From: Isosphaeraceae bacterium
GTDB taxonomy: Bacteria > Planctomycetota > Planctomycetia > Isosphaerales > Isosphaeraceae
Direction of reading: 5' to 3'
Length of the DNA stretch: 64,000 nt
Assembly (NCBI GenBank): GCA_965201075.1
Contig: CBDAVP010000014.1
Span: forward strand, 1-64,000
Every line of letters begins with the position of its first letter. Positions within the stretch are counted from its first letter, which is position 1. A program made the position numbers and the translations under genes. Below the pieces are notes generated by a model. It made no database searches. It was not told the origin of the DNA and worked only from the letters and a program-made list of their open reading frames with translations. Below are positions 10,610 to 18,379 of this stretch, one piece after another.

Positions 10610-11032
10610 CTACATCCGAAATGCCACGCGACGTCGCCATTCGGGATGATGTCGCGGAAGATCTGAGGGGTGGTCGCAAGGTTCACCCTTCACGTTACGT
10701 ACGGTCAGCCCGTCGGATGTGATGACGTGCTGGGCGAAGGCCGTAATCAGGATCTCGGCGTGCATGGCGTTGGGTCCGGCCTCGGGGAACGGGACGATCT
10801 GAGTGAACGGGTCGCCTTGGCCGTGCGGGATCCAGTCTTGGTCACTGGCGACGACCCACCACGGGCCGACGCGGATGGCATAGGCCGGCTGAGACGGTTT
10901 GACCAGGATGTCGGCGATCAGGCGGCCGACCAGGATTTCTCCGCTGACGACGCCCCCCGGCAGGAACATCGCGGGGTGTCCCTTGATGAAAGCGACGGGG
11001 GTTACGACCTTGAGGTCGTCTCGCGTATCCAT
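10610..11032 (-). CDS. Hypothetical protein, putative immunity
   Basis: 140 aa; GAGG RBS; WWVVASDQDW and FPEAGPNAMHAEILITAFA. Confidence 0.75.
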   Translation of the reverse strand: MDTRDDLKVVTPVAFIKGHPAMFLPGGVVSGEILVGRLIADILVKPSQPAYAIRVGPWWVVASDQDWIPHGQGDPFTQIVPFPEAGPNAMHAEILITAFAQHVITSDGLTVRNVKGEPCDHPSDLPRHHPEWRRRVAFRM

Positions 11033-11185
11033 CGGGACCTCGTTCGGAAGTCGGCCGGTCGCACCGTGATGTCGCCGCTGCCCAGCGGGCGATTGGAGAG
11101 GTCGAACTGCTGGGGTTGGACGAGGATCTCGTCGGCCCTGAAGTTGGGTGATTTCGGGCCCTCCCGGTCCCTCGCGGCGTCGGGC

Positions 11186-11539
11186 CTACTCGACCACGAA
11201 GCCGGGAGGCTTGGGATCGGGGCAGATTGCCGAGCAGAGGAAGGCGTCATCCAGGGTCTTGAACCATTGACCGTCCGCCCCCAGGTGGCCGGAATCCGCC
11301 GGCAGGACGCCCCAGGGGTCGGACGGCCCGAAACCCGATCGGCAATAGACGATCACCGTCCCGAGATTCGGGGACCTGGCCACGACCCAGCAGGCATGCC
11401 GGTCGCCGGGCGGGCCGTAGTCCCAGGACCTGTGCTCGAGACGCGGCTCGACCATGACGGATCGCAGCGCCCCCTTTCGGGCCTCGTCCGGAATCTGGAC
11501 AAGTTCTCGACTTAGCATCTCTCCGACCAGATCATCCAT
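11186..11539 (-). CDS. Hypothetical protein, putative immunity
   Basis: WDYG...CWVVA...IVYCRSGFGPSDPWG...GADGQWFKTLDDAF; ATG 11539. Confidence 0.75.
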   Translation of the reverse strand: MDDLVGEMLSRELVQIPDEARKGALRSVMVEPRLEHRSWDYGPPGDRHACWVVARSPNLGTVIVYCRSGFGPSDPWGVLPADSGHLGADGQWFKTLDDAFLCSAICPDPKPPGFVVE

Positions 11540-11636
11540 TGTTTCATCTTCCAAACAAGGTGTTGAACAGCTTGGCTACATCTTGCGTGACTGGCCACGG
11601 CAGGGAGAGAGTATGGTGAAGCGGGTCATTGGCCGC

Positions 11637-11715
11637 CGGGTGGCTGGGGTCTGGTCCTCCAGACGCTGGCTTGGGCTCGGGGCCCGAGTCTCGCGGATGA
11701 GGCCACAGCCACCCG
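11637..11715 (+). repeat. REP-like palindromic element, class 1, copy 2
   Basis: CGGGTGGCTGGGGTCTGGTCCTCCAGAC...CTCGCGGATGAGGCCACAGCCACCCG. Confidence 0.75.
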
Positions 11716-11858
11716 TCGATGTGGGCAGGGCTCGCGATTAGCCCATGAGCGAGTACACTGGAGCTTTGTCGAGGTCGCGGCTTGACGCATGATGGCGTGC
11801 CCCTTCGGCGATGCCATCATGCTACGTTCTTGAGCGTCTTCGATGTGAGGGCGATCTG

Positions 11859-12134
11859 ATGCATATTATCTTCCACTTGTCAGATCTTGATACTCATTGG
11901 GGGGATGAGTGTCCCATCCCGTTGTTTCTCCGTGATCTCTCGACCCCGACCGCGACCCGCGTGGTCGTCGGCAACATCGTGCCGGACGGATTGAGAGCCG
12001 GGGATTGGCTGGCGGGGATCTCGGCATCGAATAGCTCGACGCTCATCCTCCAAGTTGACGAGGCCGAGGTGCTGGTCGACCGCCTGCTCGCTGCGATTGG
12101 GCAGTCCAGGGACGGCGTCATCGCGGGAGATTGA
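11859..12134 (+). CDS. Hypothetical protein (opposite strand within the array)
   Basis: ATG 11859 with GAGG RBS; plausible globular sequence MHIIFHLSDLDTHWGDECP... Confidence 0.5.
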   Translation: MHIIFHLSDLDTHWGDECPIPLFLRDLSTPTATRVVVGNIVPDGLRAGDWLAGISASNSSTLILQVDEAEVLVDRLLAAIGQSRDGVIAGD

Positions 12135-12187
12135 GCCTTCGGGTAAAGGTCTCTTGGTCCGTGAGGCACCGGCAAAGCGGATGGCAT

Positions 12188-12239
12188 GGGCCGGGGCGAT
12201 GGCGGCGACGCGGGCGCGGTCGGCGTCGGAGACGGCCTT
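12188..12239 (-). repeat. 52-bp copy of toxin gene internal segment 15316..15367
   Basis: 49/52 nt identical, same orientation; encodes KAVSDADRARVAAIAPA. Confidence 0.85.
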
Positions 12240-12245
12240 AGAGTG

Positions 12246-12287
12246 AATTGACACCAATTTACATTAAAATTGACACTAATTTACATT
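12246..12287. repeat. AT-rich tandem direct repeat (2 x 20 bp, period 22)
   Basis: AATTGACACCAATTTACATT AA AATTGACACTAATTTACATT; resembles the class 2 half-site GAACTGACACCGAATTT. Confidence 0.8.
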
Positions 12288-12290
12288 CGC

Positions 12291-12566
12291 TCAGGATCTT
12301 TCGGTATCGGACCAATCGCCTGGGGTGATGCCGAACTCGAAGGCTGCCTGCCGCTTGGCCTCTTCCAGGGTCTGATGCCAGGTATCAGCGAAACAGGCCC
12401 CCTCGGGGTCGAGACGGAAGAGGTAGAAGGCGCCGTCTTCCGAGGAGATTTCGATCCACGCGGGGACCGGGAGCTCGACCCTGGGGATCGGCCGGCCATC
12501 TTCGAGGGCCCCGATGTAATGGCGAGTGGTCCCGGTCGCCCTTTCCACTTTCGCACGCAGCCGCAT
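12291..12566 (-). CDS. Hypothetical protein, putative immunity
   Basis: 91 aa from ATG 12566; FYLFRLDPEGACFADTWHQTLEEAKRQAAFEF. Confidence 0.75.
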   Translation of the reverse strand: MRLRAKVERATGTTRHYIGALEDGRPIPRVELPVPAWIEISSEDGAFYLFRLDPEGACFADTWHQTLEEAKRQAAFEFGITPGDWSDTERS

Positions 12567-12701
12567 AAGGCGTCGCTCGTCCGCATCAAGGCAGTAGGGG
12601 CAGGTGGAGATTCTCGATGATATTGCCGACGCCGTCCAGTGCCTCGAAATGGACATGCGGGTCGGCCCAAAGGGCGAGGTCGCGGCGGCGGTGGGGTCGT
12701 G

Positions 12702-13142
12702 TCAGGGCCGCTCCAGGTGGGTCAGGTCGCCCAGGTAGTCGAGTACGGGGTCGCCGGGGGGCCGCCAACCTTGCGGGAACGGGTCGGACGAGAAGCGCAG
12801 GATCCATTCGTACTGGAAGTCGACCCGGTGGTGCGGGACCCGGAGGACGACCCGCTCGCGGAGCAGGAGGCACCGCGACCGCCCGGACCCGTTGGACCCG
12901 TCGCGGCGGAAGGTCTCGCCCCAGGGCTCGCGGCGGGTGGAGAGGTACTCGAAGCGGAGTTCGCCGTCGGCGGCGAGGAACGTGAAATCCAGGTAAGTGT
13001 GGATCCTCTGGTCCTGGCCGTAGGTCATGGTCCCGGTCCCGTCCCTGGCGAAGGTGATCCCCTGGATGAGGTCGTAGTCTTCGCAGCGGGCCCTCCAGAA
13101 GGGGGGCCCGGTCAGGAGGTCGAGGAAGTGTTCGCTTGGCAT
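12702..13142 (-). CDS. Hypothetical protein, first gene downstream of the toxin, candidate immunity
   Basis: 146 aa; paralog at 8768..9208. Confidence 0.8.
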   Translation of the reverse strand: MPSEHFLDLLTGPPFWRARCEDYDLIQGITFARDGTGTMTYGQDQRIHTYLDFTFLAADGELRFEYLSTRREPWGETFRRDGSNGSGRSRCLLLRERVVLRVPHHRVDFQYEWILRFSSDPFPQGWRPPGDPVLDYLGDLTHLERP

Positions 13143-13270
13143 GGCCGCCGGGGCTCCCTCGGGGACGCGATCTGTCGTGAGGGGTGGGACTATGTCGACC
13201 TGCCGCCGTGGCCTAGGACCGATGGGCGGGGTCGCGCACTGCTGGCGACGCGTGAGGTCCCGATCATGTC

Positions 13271-13325
13271 CGACCCTCGGGAGGATTGCAATTCTGTCCC
13301 CAACTCCGGATCCTCCCGAGGGTCG
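13271..13325. repeat. Perfect 16-bp hairpin downstream of the toxin
   Basis: CGACCCTCGGGAGGAT / ATCCTCCCGAGGGTCG with a 23-nt loop. Confidence 0.75.
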
Positions 13326-13354
13326 CGGCCGTAGTCGCCAGTCCCGAGATGACC

Positions 13355-16300
13355 TCAGCGGAGCCAGTTCATGAGCGTGTCGGGGTCGATCTCGAAGATG
13401 TTGGTTGGGACGTTCGGGAAACGGTTCGCGGGGATATACAATTCGCCCATGTCGCGTACGGGCTTGGGGGGCGTGTCGAGGAAATTCTTGACCTGGCCGT
13501 GCGGGGCCCGGAGGATGATCGGGTACGAGCCGTCGCGCAGGGCGGAATTATTTGCGTAGTCGAGCGCATCTACGCGTCTTGGGAACATATAGAAGCCTTT
13601 GTGTCTGTCGAGCGACCTCGCGGAATCGAGGCCGTCCGACAGGACGGACTGCGTGCCCGACGTCCCGTGATACCAGTAGCCGTCGGCAGGGGCTCGGTAG
13701 GCCGCTCCGGCGTTGTGGACCAGGACGGGTCGGTCGCGATCGCTCTGGGCGACGTAGTAGGTGTGAGAGTCTTCGACCTGGAAGTTGTAGACCGTGACCC
13801 CTTCGGGGTGGGGCTCTGCGTGGGTCGTCGCAACTTCTGCCGGGGACCCATCGGCCTGCCTGAGGAGTTGGCCCGGCGCGAGTTTGCCGGCTTCGACCCA
13901 GCCGCGTCCCTCGACCCAGAAGGGATGTTCGTCGGTGGTCTTGATCTGTTGGACGCGTTGGTCCGGCGGCGTCCGGACCTCGAGGACGCGGAGGGATTTG
14001 GTGATCCGGACGTAGGTGTCCGCGACCCGCTTCGGGGCGAGGGAGCCGGTGGCCTCGTCCCAGGCCAGGACGCGGTCGCCAACCTTGATGTCCTCGATGC
14101 ACTTGGTGGAGTGGCCCGGCTCGGGGGTCGGGGCCGACGCGGAGACGCCGGCGGTGGCTGGCCCGCCGGCGATCGGGTCGGGCCGGGCGGGGCTCCTGAG
14201 GAGGAGCCCGCCCAGGAGGATGCCGCCGAGGGCCAGGGACGCCGCGAGGCTACCCCGGGCCCGCTGAGGCCGGGACGGCGTCATCGCGGACCGCGGGGTT
14301 GGGTCCGGGGCACGACCGTACCGGTCGTTGCGACTCGGGGGAGGGGGAAGGGTGGCGACGGCCCATTCGGCAGCCTCCCTGGCGTCGGTGCCCTCCCCGA
14401 GACGGAGACCGTAGCGGAGGTCGCCCCTCGGCCCGTAATCCGGCGAGCCGGGCACGGCCGGGGGGGCGGACCATTCGTCTTGCAGGGCCGCGTCGAGGGC
14501 GTCGTCATCCGGACGCTTCCTGGCCCGGAGGGCGACCACGGTCCCGCCCGCCACCGCGGCTAGGATCAGTCCGGCGCCGACGAATACGTAGGGCTGCTCG
14601 AAGAGCCCCTCGGGATCGTCGGATGCGACCACGCCCGTATCGATCGCGGTGACGATCGGCGGGTTGGGGTCGGCCACGACGACCCGGGTGCCGGCGACGA
14701 AGCAGTTTCCCGAGGCGCGGCCCAGCACCTTGCCGGCCAGGGGGAGGAAGGAAAGGGCATCGGCGAAGGAGCCGTTGCCGTTGGCGAGGTTGACGGTGCT
14801 TTGGGCCATGCCGACGATGGTGGAGATGGATTCGTAGCCCGAGGCCATCGAGCCTGCCCAGCCTCCCCCGCAGGAGAAGAAGCCCAGGGCGAAGACCTCA
14901 ACCTGGCCGCCGACCCGCCCGGCGGCGTAGGCCATGCTGTCGGCGTTGATGCCGCCGTTGACGCCGGTCCACTGGCGGACGTACCAGGTGGCGCCGAAGG
15001 TGATGGTGTCGGCGAAGCCGGCCGAAGCGTTGGCGGCCAGGTCGAGCCAGTCGGAGGTGCGGATCTCGTCGGCGAGGTCGTTGACGGTACGTGCGGCCCA
15101 GTCCCAGCCCGACTCGGCCGCCGAGGCCGTGTAGAGCATGGTGCCCCAGAGGGTGATGTTGGTGGGCTGGACGTTCTGGAAGCTGTTGTCGGACATCGCG
15201 GCGACGGCGGCGACGTTGGCCGCGGCGGCGGCGTTGACGTCGTCGGCATTGATGCCCGCGGTGGCGACGGTGAAGGTCTGGTTGGTCGAGGCGATGGCGT
15301 TGGCGGCGGTCTGGCGGGCCGGGACGATCGTGGCGACGCGGGCGCGGTCGGCGTCGGAGACGGCCTTCAGGTAGGTGGCGTAGGCGTGCCAGGTGGTGTC
15401 GAGGCGTGCGGCCTCGGCGTTGTAGGTGGCGGTGAAGTAGGCGTTGGAGGCGGGCCATTGCCCCTTGGCCCAGGTGGTGGCGGCGGCGTCGTAGGCGACG
15501 GTCTTGGCGGTCGCGGCGGCGGCGACGGTCTTGGTCCAGGCGACGGCGGCATCGGCGCCCGCGGAATCGTAGGCGACCAGGGCGAGGTCGGTGGCGTGAT
15601 CGTGGGAGAGCATGGCGACGAGGTCGGAAGTCGCCCGGGCGGAGGCTGCACTTGCCTCGGCGGCGACCCATAGGACTCTGGCGGCGGAGATGGCTTTGTA
15701 GTCCTGGTTGGCGTTGGTGGCGTAGGCTATGGTGCGAAGTCCATCGGCCGAGGCGGCGGAGGTCAGGTCGAGGGCGCGGGCGACGTCTGATGCGATCGCC
15801 CGCGCGACAGCCGCGTTGGCGACGGCGATCTTATAGGTGCTCCAGGCGTGGACCTCGGCGGCGACGTCGGTGTTGGAGCCCGACCTCGCGATGATGGCGG
15901 TGGCCTGGGCGTTGATGACGTTGGCGTAGTTCGAGGCGTAACTATTCTCGATGGTCGCGGTGTAGGCGGCGGCGGCGAGGTTGACGCCGATGGCCCAGGG
16001 GGTGCCTGCGGCGGCGATCGTGGTAGCCGCGGCGAGGTCGGCGGCGTTGGCCGCGGTGACGAAGGCGTCGGCGTCGTGAGCCAGGGCGTTGCGGTGGGTC
16101 GCGTTGTCGGCGGCCAGCGTATTATCGTAGGCGGCGCCGGCGGTCCCCGTGGCGTCGTCGAGGATGACCGCGGCGGCGTCGGTGTCGAGGATCCGGGTGC
16201 GGTTGGCCTGGGCGATGGCGTTGGTGGCGACCTCGTCGGCGGCGGCGGTGGCGTCGTCGTGGGTTTGGAGGGCGGATTGGTCGGCGAGGTCGCGGGTGGT

Positions 16301-18130
16301 GAAGGGGGCGAGGAGGTCGATGGCGTGCTGGGCCTTGAGCTTGGCGACGGCGGTTTGGAAGTCGGCGGTCTTGTCGGCGACGTCCTTGGTCTGGACGCCG
16401 GCGGCGTCGGCGATGGCCAGGGAGTAGGCCTTGCCGGCGGCGGAGTCGGCCTGGGCCCGGGTGACCATCGCCCCTTCTTCGGAACCGACGAACTGGGTGA
16501 AGGCGGCGGCGGCGGCGGCGGTCTGGGTCTTGTTGGCCTGGGCCTGGGTGTTGGCGAAGGCGTGCTTGGCGGCGTTGAGCGCGTTAGTGGCGGCCTGGGC
16601 GCCGTTGGGGTCCGGCGTGTGTCCCGGCATGTAACTTAGCATTACCAGGGACATGCTATAAGAATAGGCGTTATTGGCGGAATTCAGCGTGGTTTGGGCG
16701 GCGGCCATGGTCGCGTTGTAGGCGTTGCCGGCGGCGGTGTTGGCGTCGTTCTGGGTCTTCTGGAAGCCGGTGACGGCGGCGTCGTAGGTGGTCTTGGCTA
16801 CGTTGACGGCGGCATCGCGGGTGGTGCCGGCGGCGGTTTGAGCCGTGTTGAAGGTGGCCTGGTCGGCGTTGAGGACGGCCTGGAAGGCGTCGGTCTTGGA
16901 TTTGAGGTTGGCGGTGAAGGCGTCCTCGATGGGCTTGACGGCGGCGTCGTAGGCCTGCTGGGCCTGGGCCACCGCGGCGTTGTAGGTGGTGTCGGCGGCG
17001 GCCGTGGCGGTGGCGTCGGCGGTGTTGGCGGCCTGGACGGCGGCGTTGTACCTGGTGGTGGCGGCGTTGTTGGCGAGGGTGTTGGCGGCCTGGGCGGTTG
17101 CGAGGGCCGAGGCCAGGGAGGCGGCGGCCGAGGCGTCGGCGGATTGCTGGGCGAGGTCGGCGGTGTGGTCGGCGGCGGCCTGGGTCGCCTGGGCCGCGGC
17201 GGTGGCCTGGGCGTCGGTGGCCAGGGCCGCCTGGACGGCGGCGGCGTAGGCCGCGTCGGCGGCGGCCTGGGCGTTGGCGTAGGTGGTGGCGGCGGCGCTG
17301 GCGAGTGCGGAGAAGGTCGAGATGGCCGCGTTCAGGGCGGCCTGGTAGGTGGCATCTCCGGTGACGGAGGAGTTGTAGGCGACGGTGTGGGCGGCGAGGA
17401 CGGCGTCGCGGGTCGAGGCGGCGTTGGCGACGGTGGTGCTCTCGGTGTTCGCCAGGTTGGTGAGGGTGGTCTGGTAAGCCGCATCGGCGACGGCCTTGGC
17501 GGCGTTGAAGGCCGAGTCGGCGGCAGCATTGGCGGTGGCGGCGAAACTGTCGGCGGTGGCGACCGCCGCGTTGTAGGTGGTGCTGGCGGCCTGGACCAGG
17601 GCGGTGTAGGCATTCTGGTCGGTCGTGAACGCGGCGGCCTGGGTGGCGTCGATGATGGCCGTCGCGGAGTTGAAGACCCCTTGTGCGGCGAGGGCGGCGG
17701 CGGCGGAGGTCGCGTCGGCGCCGGCCTGGGCGGTGGCGAAGGTGGTGTTGGCTTGAGCCGTGGCGGTGTTGTAGGCGGTGTTGACGGGGGCCATGGTCGA
17801 CTTGTAGGTGGTCTCGGCCTGGGACTCGGCGGTGGTGTACTGGGTCTTCGCGTTGGTCTGCTTACCCTGGAACGTGGTGTCGGCGGTGGATTCGGCGGTC
17901 TTCCAGACGGTCGCCGCGTCGTTCTGAGCACCCGTCAGCGTGGCCAGGGCGGCGTCGGTGGCTGCCTTGCGGGCCGCGTCGACGGCGGAGAGCCGGTCCG
18001 CGGTCGAGGCTCCGGCGCCGGGGTCGCCGCTGGAGGCGGTCAGCATCTGGCGGGATTCCAGCGACTGGACCTCCGACACGAATGGGCGTACAAGGTTGCG
18101 CGGTAAGTGACGACGCGAGCGTGTTTTCAT
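13355..18130 (-). CDS. Polymorphic toxin: planctomycete extracellular motif, Ala-rich helical stalk, interrupted Hint domain, ART-like toxin tip
   Basis: N-term LESRQMLTA; Hint motifs CFVAGT, IEDIKVGDRV, TTDEHPFW, VYNFQVEDSHTYYV, VLVHN; tip WYHGT...GFY...YA...GELYI. Confidence 0.9.
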   Translation of the reverse strand: MKTRSRRHLPRNLVRPFVSEVQSLESRQMLTASSGDPGAGASTADRLSAVDAARKAATDAALATLTGAQNDAATVWKTAESTADTTFQGKQTNAKTQYTTAESQAETTYKSTMAPVNTAYNTATAQANTTFATAQAGADATSAAAALAAQGVFNSATAIIDATQAAAFTTDQNAYTALVQAASTTYNAAVATADSFAATANAAADSAFNAAKAVADAAYQTTLTNLANTESTTVANAASTRDAVLAAHTVAYNSSVTGDATYQAALNAAISTFSALASAAATTYANAQAAADAAYAAAVQAALATDAQATAAAQATQAAADHTADLAQQSADASAAASLASALATAQAANTLANNAATTRYNAAVQAANTADATATAAADTTYNAAVAQAQQAYDAAVKPIEDAFTANLKSKTDAFQAVLNADQATFNTAQTAAGTTRDAAVNVAKTTYDAAVTGFQKTQNDANTAAGNAYNATMAAAQTTLNSANNAYSYSMSLVMLSYMPGHTPDPNGAQAATNALNAAKHAFANTQAQANKTQTAAAAAAFTQFVGSEEGAMVTRAQADSAAGKAYSLAIADAAGVQTKDVADKTADFQTAVAKLKAQHAIDLLAPFTTRDLADQSALQTHDDATAAADEVATNAIAQANRTRILDTDAAAVILDDATGTAGAAYDNTLAADNATHRNALAHDADAFVTAANAADLAAATTIAAAGTPWAIGVNLAAAAYTATIENSYASNYANVINAQATAIIARSGSNTDVAAEVHAWSTYKIAVANAAVARAIASDVARALDLTSAASADGLRTIAYATNANQDYKAISAARVLWVAAEASAASARATSDLVAMLSHDHATDLALVAYDSAGADAAVAWTKTVAAAATAKTVAYDAAATTWAKGQWPASNAYFTATYNAEAARLDTTWHAYATYLKAVSDADRARVATIVPARQTAANAIASTNQTFTVATAGINADDVNAAAAANVAAVAAMSDNSFQNVQPTNITLWGTMLYTASAAESGWDWAARTVNDLADEIRTSDWLDLAANASAGFADTITFGATWYVRQWTGVNGGINADSMAYAAGRVGGQVEVFALGFFSCGGGWAGSMASGYESISTIVGMAQSTVNLANGNGSFADALSFLPLAGKVLGRASGNCFVAGTRVVVADPNPPIVTAIDTGVVASDDPEGLFEQPYVFVGAGLILAAVAGGTVVALRARKRPDDDALDAALQDEWSAPPAVPGSPDYGPRGDLRYGLRLGEGTDAREAAEWAVATLPPPPSRNDRYGRAPDPTPRSAMTPSRPQRARGSLAASLALGGILLGGLLLRSPARPDPIAGGPATAGVSASAPTPEPGHSTKCIEDIKVGDRVLAWDEATGSLAPKRVADTYVRITKSLRVLEVRTPPDQRVQQIKTTDEHPFWVEGRGWVEAGKLAPGQLLRQADGSPAEVATTHAEPHPEGVTVYNFQVEDSHTYYVAQSDRDRPVLVHNAGAAYRAPADGYWYHGTSGTQSVLSDGLDSARSLDRHKGFYMFPRRVDALDYANNSALRDGSYPIILRAPHGQVKNFLDTPPKPVRDMGELYIPANRFPNVPTNIFEIDPDTLMNWLR

Positions 18131-18379
18131 ACGTGGGAACGTCCGAAGTTGTGGGCTCAGATTCGGCCGGGAGGTGCCACACCGCCCGCAGGACGTGGAA
18201 CGGCCCGGTCGCCCGATGGGCTCGGGGATGGTTCAGGGCCGGGTTGTTGAGGCGAAGGCGGACCGGAGTGGATGAGTGGATCGTCTCGACGAGGCTTGCA
18301 TCGTCGCGTCGATTCGTCCGTCAAGTTGCGCCTCGCCCGATCCGGATGCAAGAACTTTTTGGAATTTCCAAGGGGGCCG

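Noticed and set aside
12246..12287. Possible CRISPR repeats
   Set aside because: Only two 20-bp units with a 2-bp gap, no spacers and no cas genes
8768..13142. Integron cassette array
   Set aside because: No RYYYAAC/GTTRRRY attC ends recognised and no intI in the window
13712..14704. Classical intein with homing endonuclease
   Set aside because: Insert has TM helices rather than LAGLIDADG/HNH motifs, lies just after block A, and the +1 residue is Ala
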